From the NCBI GenBank assembly GCA_963713825.1, contig CAVQNG010000021.1, forward strand, positions 1 through 38,496: a stretch of 38,496 nucleotides of DNA, in the 5' to 3' direction. The stretch comes from an uncultured Acidobacteriota bacterium. GTDB taxonomy: Bacteria; Acidobacteriota; Thermoanaerobaculia; Multivoradales; JAHEKO01. Made by a program: the position numbers and the translations under genes. The notes under the pieces are model-generated. The model did no database searches. It saw nothing but the letters and a program-made list of their open reading frames with translations, and was not told where the DNA came from. Below, one piece after another: positions 22,482 to 31,385 of this stretch (its first letter is position 1; each line of letters begins with the position of its first letter).

Positions 22482-24410
22482 CTAGAACGAGTACTTGACA
22501 TTGGCCGCGATGAAATCGCGGTCGTTGATGAGGTTATATCGACCGGCGCCACTGTAGGTCGTCCAGCTCAGGTCGAGCTGTAGCTTGGAGAGGTATTCGA
22601 AGCCGAGGCCCAATGTAAAGGCCGTCCGGCCGTCGATGAAGGCGCCACCGGGCCCAGGCGTGTTGCCGTCGACGTCGTGTCCCCAGCCGAAGCGTGGGAT
22701 CAGGTTGAAGGCTCCGATGGCGTTGTTGTAGACGAGACGACCCACCAGGCGATATCCCCAGGACGTGGGATCCGCGAAGGCCTCTGCCGGCTCATATTCT
22801 TTGCCCGCGTGAGCACCGCCTGGCATCGATTGGATCGGGTTGCCGCTGGTGTAGGTGCCCGGTCCTTCGTAGCGCAACTCATCCTTGCTAGGCATGCCGG
22901 AGACGTGGACGATGGCCGGCTCGAACAGAAGGAGCCCCTGATCGGCGCGAAGGAAACGAATCGATCCCCAGGCTTTGGTCAGCGTGATTTGGGCCTGGAC
23001 GGCGTCGTGGAGCCGGTAGCCGGGAATCACCTCATTGAAGGTAGCCCCACCCGGTACCGCCTGATTGGTAGCGGCAAGTCCAGGCGAGATCGGCGACAGG
23101 GCTGCGAATAGCAACTCGACGTCATCGATGAGGTACGGAGAGTCCTGTTTGTAGGAGACTTCGCCCTGCAACGCGATTCCAGTTGTGGCGATCTGGGAAT
23201 TGAAGCTCACACCCCAGAGCTTGATGTCTTCCGGGTAGGCGACGAAGTATCTCGCTGTCGCGGCATAGGCGTCGGTGGCGGCAGCCTGTCCCGCCTGCGC
23301 TGCCAGGGCATCCACCGCGGGGCTGGCACCCGGCGGTACTCCAAACGTCTGATAGATGACCCCTGCGGCTCTCGGTCCTGCCACGGCTGCGGCTCCGGCC
23401 CCCTGAATCGTACCGGTTATGCCGTTCACTGTAGGCAGCCGGCTGTGGTAGTTCATGAAATAGAACCCGAACTCGGTGTTGCCGAATCCCGCGAGCCAGC
23501 GCAGGGCGGCGCCCCACTGGCCGCTGTCCGAGGGTTCGATATCCGTTCCCCTGGGTACCCCCATGAAGGGTCGGTCCACCGGCGGCTGAACGTAGAACGG
23601 AGATTCACCCGTGTCCGCAAAGCTGCCGAACGCCAGAAACACGTGGGTCCCACCTCGTCCCGCGAAGTCGTTGGTCGAGAAATAGGTACCTGGCGGATCG
23701 ATGACGGTCTCGTCCCAGTCGTACTGGTAAAAGGCCTCCATGGAGAGGGTCTCCGAGAGGTCGATCGAGCCCCAGGCCATGCCCACCGGCCGAAAAGCTT
23801 CGCGGAGCTCGGCACCCGGCACACGCAGCGCCGCTACATCCACGGGGTTGATGCTGCTGATGCCACCCGGGATGAAGGTGCTCTCGCCCCAGTTCAACAC
23901 CTGTTGGCCGCCGCGGAGCTGGCCCCGCCGGCTGCCGAGATCGAACTTCCACCAGGCGTAAGCGTCGAGGAGCTCGGCACGGCTGCCGACCCAGTCGAGG
24001 GCCGGACCCGACAAAGGTGTTCGGGCTCGCTTTCCCCCTTTGAGCTCGAAGTCGTAGAAACCGGAGCCACGAATGAAAGCGCCGACGTTCTTGTAGGCGA
24101 GTTGAATGTCGACGGTCGCCTTGACGGCGTTGCTGGCGATGCCCGTATCGAAGTTCTGATTCCCGTCGTCGCCGTTGACCGAGTAGGCGGTGCCGCCCGC
24201 GGGCAAGCCGATGATCCGCTGGTCTGGATCGTCGAGCCGAGAGCGGATGCCGTACGACAGTGTGGTGTCGACAAAGAACTCCAACTGTCCGATCGAGAGA
24301 TCGATGGCTTCAGCCGGTGCTACAGCCAGTGCGCTCAGTACGACAGCGAGGACGATCAAACCGACGCTCCCACCAAGCGTACAGAGCCGAGTCAGTGGTC
24401 TTCTGCTCAT
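22482..24410 (-). CDS. DUF1302 family outer-membrane beta-barrel protein
   Basis: Signal peptide; DTTLSYG, NGDDGNQNF, QVLNWGESTF, GTYFSTND, NYHSRLP, YPEDI, terminal DRDFIAANVKYSF. Confidence 0.9.
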   Translation of the reverse strand: MSRRPLTRLCTLGGSVGLIVLAVVLSALAVAPAEAIDLSIGQLEFFVDTTLSYGIRSRLDDPDQRIIGLPAGGTAYSVNGDDGNQNFDTGIASNAVKATVDIQLAYKNVGAFIRGSGFYDFELKGGKRARTPLSGPALDWVGSRAELLDAYAWWKFDLGSRRGQLRGGQQVLNWGESTFIPGGISSINPVDVAALRVPGAELREAFRPVGMAWGSIDLSETLSMEAFYQYDWDETVIDPPGTYFSTNDFAGRGGTHVFLAFGSFADTGESPFYVQPPVDRPFMGVPRGTDIEPSDSGQWGAALRWLAGFGNTEFGFYFMNYHSRLPTVNGITGTIQGAGAAAVAGPRAAGVIYQTFGVPPGASPAVDALAAQAGQAAATDAYAATARYFVAYPEDIKLWGVSFNSQIATTGIALQGEVSYKQDSPYLIDDVELLFAALSPISPGLAATNQAVPGGATFNEVIPGYRLHDAVQAQITLTKAWGSIRFLRADQGLLLFEPAIVHVSGMPSKDELRYEGPGTYTSGNPIQSMPGGAHAGKEYEPAEAFADPTSWGYRLVGRLVYNNAIGAFNLIPRFGWGHDVDGNTPGPGGAFIDGRTAFTLGLGFEYLSKLQLDLSWTTYSGAGRYNLINDRDFIAANVKYSF

Positions 24411-24603
24411 CTGCCCACTCCTCTCATGGTTGTCTCCTTCCAATCTTCCCTTCGGTGAAGGTAGACGAAAATGGCCGGGCGGCCTCTGGCCTACTGCGTG
24501 ACCTCGAGTCCAACCCAAATATCCTGAACAGAAACCACCTGTCAGGCCTCCCCCGCGAGATAAAAGAAACCTTAGGAATAGAGTTTCCTGCCAGTGGTTT
24601 GTT

Positions 24604-24637
24604 GTAGGCAATACCCACCCGGGTGGGTATTGCCTAC
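24604..24637. promoter_or_regulatory. Perfect 34-bp palindrome in a divergent intergenic region; putative operator
   Basis: GTAGGCAATACCCACCC|GGGTGGGTATTGCCTAC, self-complementary with no loop. The operator function is inferred. Confidence 0.6.
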
Positions 24638-24770
24638 CTGCGCGGGTGGTTATATTGGAGGGCCGCTCGAGACTGAGGGAAAACAAATCGTCCGCTCCCG
24701 CGTCTAATGTTCTGATGCCACTCAAGACTCCGACCGAAGGGTCGAAAGATCCATGGAGACTCGAACTTTG

Positions 24771-26300
24771 ATGCGACACTCAATGATACTCCTGTTTGTT
24801 GCACTGCTGCTTGCACCGCTTCTCGGGAGCCCAGCCAACGCCGATGAGATGCCCTGGCCGACTTTGAAGGCGGGCCCGCACGGTGTCGGGTTCCGAACCT
24901 TGGATGTAACCGACTACGGGCGCACAGTCGCGCCGCGAGTCGATTGGCGAGGTGTCGAGCATCCCGGCAACAACTTCCGCCAGGTCCGGATCTCGGTCTG
25001 GTACCCGGCTGCCGTCGAGACCAAGTGCGAGCCGATGGTGTACCGCGACTACATCGAGGCTGCCGGATTCGAAACCCCCATGGAAGGCGAGCTACTCGTC
25101 GGTATCGATGCTTATCTTGCCCATTCGACGTTCGGTGGGGCCGACAAGGAGAAGCTCCGGAGAATGGTCGAAGAGACGACGACCGCCTATCGTGATGCGG
25201 CACCGCTCGAGGGCTCCTACCCAGTCATTGTCTACGCTCCGAGTTTCAGTTACGAGCCATTCGAGAACTCGGCTCTCTTCGAGTACCTGGCCAGCCACGG
25301 CTACATCGTCGGAGCGAGCCGCTCTTCTGGCCCCGAGACGAGGGAGATGTCCATGGATCTGGCGGGCGTCGAGGCCAGCGTGCGCGACATGGAGCTCATC
25401 CTCGATGCGCTCCACGATACGGGGCAAGCCAATCTCGAGCGAGTCGGTGCCGCTGGGTTCAGTTGGGGAGCTTTGAGTGCCGCCATTCTGGGCATGCGCA
25501 ACTTCAACGTGCAGGCAGTGCTGGCTCTCGATGGCACCCTGGAGCACGCTGAGATCCCTACAGTCGAGGAGAGGTACGACTTCGTACCGCGGCGGCTACG
25601 CGGCGGGTACCTCGCCATCGTTGGCGACCGTGAGCCGGTCCGGTCGTTAGGTGGCGATGCGCTGTATGCGGATGTGTTCGAGCTGCGTTATCCGGCTCTG
25701 ATGCACTGGGATTTTGCCTCCGACCTCATCCGTATCCAAGTGCACAGCACCGGCGAGCCCGATCCGGAGCGCCGTGTCCTTGTCGATGACGCCTACGGGA
25801 TCATTGCCCATCAGGCACGTCTGCTGTTCGATGCCTACCTGAAGGGGAACGAGGTCAACAGAGAGGTGCTGCTCGAAGGCAATATGCGGGCGATGAATTC
25901 GGCCATCGTGATCGAGAACCGAACGGCCCGGGCCGCGCTGCCGCCACCTCCGAGTCCAGCGGAATTTGCGACCCTGCTCCGCACCGATGTCGAAGAGGCT
26001 CGCTTGGTTCTCGCTAGTGTGGAGAAGAACGATCCCGAGATCGAGCTACTCGACTGGACGCAGTTTCAGGACTCCGTCTCGGTGAGCGGGTTCGAAACCA
26101 AGCTCGCCATCCTCGAGCTGGCCCGGGAGGAGCTGGGCGAGAGCTCGATCCTCTTCAACAATTATGGCCAGGCCTGGCGACTCGAAGGCGACCCGGAGAA
26201 GGCCCTCGGCTATTTCCGCCAGGCCCTTGCCCACAACCCCGACAGCGGCTTCGCCAAGAAGTCCATCGAGGAGCTCGAAGCGGAGTTGGCCTCGCAGTAG
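24771..26300 (+). CDS. Exported alpha/beta hydrolase (dienelactone hydrolase/PAF-AH-like) with C-terminal TPR
   Basis: Signal peptide; GPHGVGFR, VWYPA, EYLASHGYIV, nucleophile elbow GFSWG; TPR-like NNYGQAWRLEGDPEKALGYFRQALAHNP. Confidence 0.85.
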   Translation: MRHSMILLFVALLLAPLLGSPANADEMPWPTLKAGPHGVGFRTLDVTDYGRTVAPRVDWRGVEHPGNNFRQVRISVWYPAAVETKCEPMVYRDYIEAAGFETPMEGELLVGIDAYLAHSTFGGADKEKLRRMVEETTTAYRDAAPLEGSYPVIVYAPSFSYEPFENSALFEYLASHGYIVGASRSSGPETREMSMDLAGVEASVRDMELILDALHDTGQANLERVGAAGFSWGALSAAILGMRNFNVQAVLALDGTLEHAEIPTVEERYDFVPRRLRGGYLAIVGDREPVRSLGGDALYADVFELRYPALMHWDFASDLIRIQVHSTGEPDPERRVLVDDAYGIIAHQARLLFDAYLKGNEVNREVLLEGNMRAMNSAIVIENRTARAALPPPPSPAEFATLLRTDVEEARLVLASVEKNDPEIELLDWTQFQDSVSVSGFETKLAILELAREELGESSILFNNYGQAWRLEGDPEKALGYFRQALAHNPDSGFAKKSIEELEAELASQ

Positions 26301-26360
26301 GTGAAAGGCTCTCGCCCTCCACACTTCCGAGCGCTCTTCGATCGGCATACAATGCCGAGC

Positions 26361-27269
26361 ATGCGATTACGGTTGGGAGGGGCTGCGATTCTGCTCCTCT
26401 TTCTTTCGGTCCCATTGGTTGGCCAGGAGCTCGAGCCGGCTGCCTACAAGGTGGTGCCGATCAATGTGAACCTGTTTCAGGTGGGCTACATCCTGGCGGT
26501 CGGCGATGTGAGCTTCACTCCGGCGCTACCAGCCGAGGATGTCGAGGCCACCATCAACTCAATGACCGTGATGTTGGGTCGGACCCTCGGGATCTTCGGC
26601 CGGTCGGCGAATCTCGGATTCGTGCTTCCTGTCACGGTCGGCCATCTCGAGGGGCTCTACATCGGCGAGTTCACGGAAGTGGATCGTTCGGGACTGCGCG
26701 ATCCCATGTTCCGCTTGGCGGTGAATCTTTATGGCGGTCCAGCCATGGAATTGAAGGAGTTCGCCTCCTACAAGCCGAAGACCAATGTTGGAGCTAGCCT
26801 TCGAATCCTGGCACCGCTGGGGCAATACGACTCCAGCAAGATCATCAACTTGGGCACCAACCGCTGGTCTTTCAAGCCGGAGATCGGCGTGACCAGGGCC
26901 CTGGGTAAGTGGAGCCTCGAGTTCTACGCCGGAGTCTGGATCTTCACGGACAACACAAATTTCATTGGGGGTATGACCCGCGAGCAAGATCCAATCGGCT
27001 CATTCCAATTCCACACCCTCTACACCTTCAAGCCAGGAAGGTGGCTGGCACTGGACCTCAACTACTACACTGGTGGGACCACGACAGTCGATGGCTTGGA
27101 GAACTTGGACCTGCAGCAGAACTCGCGAGCCGGCCTGACCTATTCTCATCCCCTGAATCGCCGAAGCACCCTGAGGATTGCCTACAGCCGGGGTGCGCGG
27201 ACGACCATCGGCGCAGCATTCGACGCCATTGCGGTGGGCTACTCGTACGTGTGGGGTGGCGGGATGTAG
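26361..27269 (+). CDS. Outer-membrane beta-barrel 'transporter' (MetA-pathway of phenol degradation-like family)
   Basis: Signal peptide; GLRDP, APLGQYDSSKIINLGTNRWSFKPEIG, FTDN; aromatic C-terminal strand YSYVW. Start could be 26352. Confidence 0.82.
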   Translation: MRLRLGGAAILLLFLSVPLVGQELEPAAYKVVPINVNLFQVGYILAVGDVSFTPALPAEDVEATINSMTVMLGRTLGIFGRSANLGFVLPVTVGHLEGLYIGEFTEVDRSGLRDPMFRLAVNLYGGPAMELKEFASYKPKTNVGASLRILAPLGQYDSSKIINLGTNRWSFKPEIGVTRALGKWSLEFYAGVWIFTDNTNFIGGMTREQDPIGSFQFHTLYTFKPGRWLALDLNYYTGGTTTVDGLENLDLQQNSRAGLTYSHPLNRRSTLRIAYSRGARTTIGAAFDAIAVGYSYVWGGGM

Positions 27270-27342
27270 TCGGCGTCGAGTGGTTTTGCTGTACACGAAG
27301 TCCGGTGGCCGGCAGAGCTATAGAAGCAGAGTGGAGGGTCTG

Positions 27343-29151
27343 GTGGCTCATTCGAAGATAGCCATAAGCCTATTAGTTGTCGCGTTTGTGCCTCTGGCCC
27401 CAGGTGCCGAGGTAGAGGCGGCAGAAGTGGGTGACTCGCAAGCTCGCATCGAGAGAGTCGAGGCAGGACTGCTGCCGAGCTTGATCCGGATGGACCTGGC
27501 CCCGCCGGTGTGGACGCTGGCGGAGCGGATGAGGCACTATGATGCTCCGGCGGTGAGCCTGGCGGTGCTGGACGACTTCGAGATCTCCTGGGCCAAGGCC
27601 TGGGGTGTGGTGAAGATAGGTAGTGAAGCCAGGGCTACAGCGGAGACTCTCTTCCAGTTCGGCTCGATCAGCAAACCGGTCACGGCCCTCCTGACGCTGC
27701 GACTGGTAGCCGAAGGGCGCCTCGGTCTGGACGATCCCATCAACGAGCGACTGTCATCGTGGAAGCTCCCCGACTCCGTCGCTGGCGGTGCCAAGCCCGT
27801 GCTCCTGCGCCATGTCCTCAGTCACGGCGCAGGAATCGCTCCGTTCACGCTGCCAGTGTATGAACCGGGCGACGATTACCCCGGGGTGTTGGCACTTGTG
27901 GAGAACAAGGCGGATCGTCCTGTTCCACCGGTGGTCCGGGTGAGGCCTCCAGGCGTTCAGTTCGAATACTCGAATGCCGGGTACGCAATAGTGGAGCTCC
28001 TTCTGGAGGATGTCAGTGGGGACGAGTTTGCCCAGTTGGCGGAGAAGAAGCTGTTCGAACCCCTGGGAATGTACAGTACCTCCTTCGCCAGAGATCTTTC
28101 CGACAAGCACTTCGAGCAGGCAGCCTGGGGACACACAGGCAAAGAGCGGACTCCAATCGAGGGCAAGGGCCTGTTCCCTCCGGCTGCAGTGGGGGGACTC
28201 TGGTCGACACCATCGGACCTGGCGCGGCTACTCCAAGAGCTGATGCTCGCCTCCAGGGGGGACAAGGACCGTTGGTTTCCGCCGGAGCTGGCCCGCGAGA
28301 TGCTCTCTCCGCAGATCCAGGGCCAGGGTCTGTCGCTCCGACTACGCGAGGGGGGACGGGGTCGGTATTTCCTCCACGGCGGCGGCATGCCAGGCTTCGT
28401 GGCCTTGTTCGTGGCATTTCCCGAGACTGGGCAAGGAGCGGTCGTCGCCATCAACGGTGGTGCCTACCCGTTGCTGGGCGAGGTACTCCGGGCGGTAGCG
28501 GCCGAGTACGATTGGCCCGGCTATCTTCCAGAGTTCGAGGCCAAGACGATTCCGGCTGAGCGCTTCGCCCAGTTCGAGGGCCGCTATGTCTTCGACCGCA
28601 GCGGCGGTACGGAGATGGAGATCTCCAGCGATGGTGGCAGGTTCTACCGCGGCCGCGCCGAGATGGTGCCGGTCGGTGAGCGGATCTTCGCCGTGCACCA
28701 GCTCGGTGACGTGCTCGAATTCCTGGTCGATCCCGATGGCCCGGTTCGAACCTTTCGATACGGCGAGCCCGGCATCAATCAAGCCTGGGCCAGGCGAATG
28801 CCGGCGGATTTGCCGGATGCCGCGCGATTGGACAAGGGAGTTGCCTACGGGGTTGTCCGCAAGTTTGTCGGTCCCTTCGGCAACCTCGAGACGAACATCT
28901 CGGAGGCCAATCTGGAGTCTCTGGGAATCGAGCGTGGCGATGCCTTCGAAGTGCGGGTCGGGGGACAACAGATGCGGGCGATGGTCGTGGAGGGCTTCGC
29001 CGAGGTTCGGGCCGGAGAGTGGGTCCTGATTCCGGGAAGAGATCCCGAGCGGCTGGTCCTGGGCCGCCACTCATCCAATGCGATGTCCGAGCTCGGCGTC
29101 CGGGCTGGCGCGCCGATCGAGGTCAGGCCGATCAAGCCCCCAGCAGAGTAG
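27343..29151 (+). CDS. Exported beta-lactamase-like serine hydrolase fused to a C-terminal SAM hydroxide adenosyltransferase/halogenase C-domain-like module
   Basis: GTG start after GGAGG; signal peptide; FQFGSISK, LSHGAG, YSNAGY, GGLWSTPSDLAR, HGG; C-terminal FGNLETNI...FAEVRAGE...NAMSELGVRAG. Confidence 0.85.
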   Translation: MAHSKIAISLLVVAFVPLAPGAEVEAAEVGDSQARIERVEAGLLPSLIRMDLAPPVWTLAERMRHYDAPAVSLAVLDDFEISWAKAWGVVKIGSEARATAETLFQFGSISKPVTALLTLRLVAEGRLGLDDPINERLSSWKLPDSVAGGAKPVLLRHVLSHGAGIAPFTLPVYEPGDDYPGVLALVENKADRPVPPVVRVRPPGVQFEYSNAGYAIVELLLEDVSGDEFAQLAEKKLFEPLGMYSTSFARDLSDKHFEQAAWGHTGKERTPIEGKGLFPPAAVGGLWSTPSDLARLLQELMLASRGDKDRWFPPELAREMLSPQIQGQGLSLRLREGGRGRYFLHGGGMPGFVALFVAFPETGQGAVVAINGGAYPLLGEVLRAVAAEYDWPGYLPEFEAKTIPAERFAQFEGRYVFDRSGGTEMEISSDGGRFYRGRAEMVPVGERIFAVHQLGDVLEFLVDPDGPVRTFRYGEPGINQAWARRMPADLPDAARLDKGVAYGVVRKFVGPFGNLETNISEANLESLGIERGDAFEVRVGGQQMRAMVVEGFAEVRAGEWVLIPGRDPERLVLGRHSSNAMSELGVRAGAPIEVRPIKPPAE

Positions 29152-30148
29152 CCGCTGCCGAGAGAATGCGGTCGACATTCGGTAGGGCGTGTCGCTCGCG
29201 TCGCTGGTCGAACGGAATCGTGTTCTCGACGCAGACTCTTGCGAACTTCGCATCGACTCCGGCCTCGAGCACAGTTGCTGCCAGTTCGCCCGAGAGCCCG
29301 AAGTCCCGGTAGTCTTCGTCGACCACCAGAAGCCGACCGGAGCTGCCGACGGCCTCACACACCGCCCCGCGATCGAGGGGTTGGACACTGCGCAGGTCGA
29401 TGACCCCGGCTTGTGTGCCGTGCTCTGTGGCGAGGCGCTCGGCAGCCTCGAGCGAACGGTGGACGCCGACTCCGACGCTGACGATCGTCAGATCGGTCCC
29501 CTCGCGCCGGGTTACCGATCGACCCAGGGGAATCGGTTCCCAGGTGTCCGGTACGGGCCCGCTCTCACCGGCTGGCGGGACGTCGTAGCTGACGGTCGGT
29601 CGCCCCCCCGATCCCAAGTAGTCACGCCAGTAGTCGGCGAGAAGCTTGTGCTCGAGGTAGATCACAGGTCCACCATCGGCAAAGGCTCCGAGCAGTAGGC
29701 CGCCAGCATCGGCAGGGGTCGAGGGAACCACGACCGAGAGCCCGGGAATGTGTGCCAGCCAGGCCCAGAGAGCCTGCTCATGCTGACCGCCATCACCGTA
29801 GCCACCGCCGCAGGCAGCTCGAACCACCATTGGCACCCGCCACCGCCCGCCGGAAAAGGCTTCGATCTTGGCTGCCTGATTGACCAGTGCATCTGCGGCG
29901 ACCGGAAGGAAATCGATGAGCATGATCTCCACGACGGGTCGCAGGCCGGCCATGGCGGCGCCGACGGCCGCCCCGAGAAAGGCCGACTCGCTGATCGGCG
30001 CCGGTCGGACTCTTCGCTCCCCGAATTGGGCGTAGAGGTTCATTCGCAGCCCTGGCACGTCCTCTCCGAACACCACGATTCGCTCGTCCTCGGCCATGGC
30101 CTGACAGAGAGCCTCCTCGATCGCTGCGGCGAAACCGAGCTCTCTCAT
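29132..30148 (-). CDS. TPP-dependent 2-oxoacid/acetoin dehydrogenase E1 beta-like subunit
   Basis: GEDV, PISESAFLGAAVGAAMAGLRPVVEIM, PSTPADA, EHK, IDLRSVQPLD. Confidence 0.92.
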   Translation of the reverse strand: MRELGFAAAIEEALCQAMAEDERIVVFGEDVPGLRMNLYAQFGERRVRPAPISESAFLGAAVGAAMAGLRPVVEIMLIDFLPVAADALVNQAAKIEAFSGGRWRVPMVVRAACGGGYGDGGQHEQALWAWLAHIPGLSVVVPSTPADAGGLLLGAFADGGPVIYLEHKLLADYWRDYLGSGGRPTVSYDVPPAGESGPVPDTWEPIPLGRSVTRREGTDLTIVSVGVGVHRSLEAAERLATEHGTQAGVIDLRSVQPLDRGAVCEAVGSSGRLLVVDEDYRDFGLSGELAATVLEAGVDAKFARVCVENTIPFDQRRERHALPNVDRILSAAATLLGA

Positions 30149-31185
30149 CGCGGATCCTCCTGCAGGCTGGCAATCGCGTCATCGACAGCTGCCCGCACAC
30201 GAGTCTCGATCTCCTGCTCGAGGCCCTCCAGCTCGCCGCGGTCCATCTCGAGTCGCTTTCGCAGTCGGCGGATCGGGTCGTGGCCTCGCATGGCAGCAGC
30301 CTTGGAGAGCATTTTGGTGATTCCGCCGAGGCTCGCGGCGCGGCCACCGAGTCCGGCTCCTCGACCGGTGGTCGTCGACTTGAGGAGCGGGCCGAGCTTG
30401 TCTTTGAGCTCGGCAACCGGCTGGCGAACGATGCGCAGTAGGGGATCTCCGAGTAGGTGTCCTTCAGGGCGAACACAGGAGGCGTGGATGAAGCTCGGGC
30501 CACCACCTCGTCGTGCTCGGGTGATCGCCTCCGAGGCCACCCGCCACACGTTTTCCACGCGCGTACCATCGACTTCCACGGCTGGAATCCCGAATCCTCG
30601 GACCCGCTCGACCAGGTCGCCCGAGGTGACCTGCTTCGATTCGGTCGTGATTGCCATCCCATTGTTCTTGCAGATGAACAGAACGGGGAGCTTCCAGGCT
30701 CCTGCCAGATTGAAGGACTCCAGCAGCATCCCCTGATTCATGGCACCCTCACCGAAGAACGCCACCGCCACGCGATCGGGTCTCAAATGCTGATGGGCGA
30801 GGGCGAATCCGCAGGCGAAGGGTCCCGAGCTGCCAACGATTCCCGAAGCAGCTGCCAGGAGCTCCTTGGACATCAAGTGCATGTGGCCGCCCAAGCCGCG
30901 ACCCAGTCCGGCCTCGCTGCCGAGGCACTCCGCGACAATTGCGGTGAGATCGACACCCTTCATCACCATGGGTGGCGTCGAGCGATGATCAGCAGCGACC
31001 GCGTCTTCGTTGGTCAGGTGATCGAGGGCACCTGCGACGATCCCCTCTTCGCCGACGCCGAGGTGCATCTCGCCCGAGACGCGGCCTTCCTGCCAGAGCT
31101 TCGAGATCTCCTCTTCGAGCCGCCGGCTGGTGAGCATCGACCGGTAGAGTCCGGTCCGATCCGGTTCCTGCTTCCTGTCTCGCAA
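30145..31185 (-). CDS. TPP-dependent dehydrogenase E1 alpha-like subunit
   Basis: GEMHLGVGEEG, HR, GGHMH, GIVG, TPP motif FFGEGA..QG...ESFNLA..WKLP..FICKNN; ATGA overlap with the beta gene. Confidence 0.92.
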   Translation of the reverse strand: MRDRKQEPDRTGLYRSMLTSRRLEEEISKLWQEGRVSGEMHLGVGEEGIVAGALDHLTNEDAVAADHRSTPPMVMKGVDLTAIVAECLGSEAGLGRGLGGHMHLMSKELLAAASGIVGSSGPFACGFALAHQHLRPDRVAVAFFGEGAMNQGMLLESFNLAGAWKLPVLFICKNNGMAITTESKQVTSGDLVERVRGFGIPAVEVDGTRVENVWRVASEAITRARRGGGPSFIHASCVRPEGHLLGDPLLRIVRQPVAELKDKLGPLLKSTTTGRGAGLGGRAASLGGITKMLSKAAAMRGHDPIRRLRKRLEMDRGELEGLEQEIETRVRAAVDDAIASLQEDPR

Positions 31186-31385
31186 TAGCGCTTCCCTGTT
31201 CCGAGGCTATCGCAGAGTCACAGAAGCCGTCGAATGACTGCGCCCTGCTGGAGGTGGCACTTTCCGAACTGGAATACGTATTGATCTGTTAAGTCCAGGG
31301 TGACTTTTCAAGAAGGTCGAAGAGCGGTACCTGAGGAGTTCGGCAGATGGGCCTCGGTATCTGCAACTGCTGAAGGAGCAACGGG

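Noticed and set aside
18255-24458. Long plus-strand ORFs (442, 478 and 337 aa) opposite the RND, DUF1329 and DUF1302 genes
   Set aside because: Antisense shadows typical of high-GC coding DNA; no recognisable motifs, and they fully overlap well-supported genes.
24430-24603. Known riboswitch (c-di-GMP, TPP, cobalamin, SAM) in the DUF1302 leader
   Set aside because: I could not find the diagnostic conserved motifs by eye; kept only as an unclassified structure candidate.
9774-27342. Extended ORF-track starts at 9774, 9798, 14619, 14855, 21083, 24779 and 27178
   Set aside because: The extensions overlap neighbouring genes or promoters. Downstream starts match paralog N-termini, signal peptides or RBS positions.
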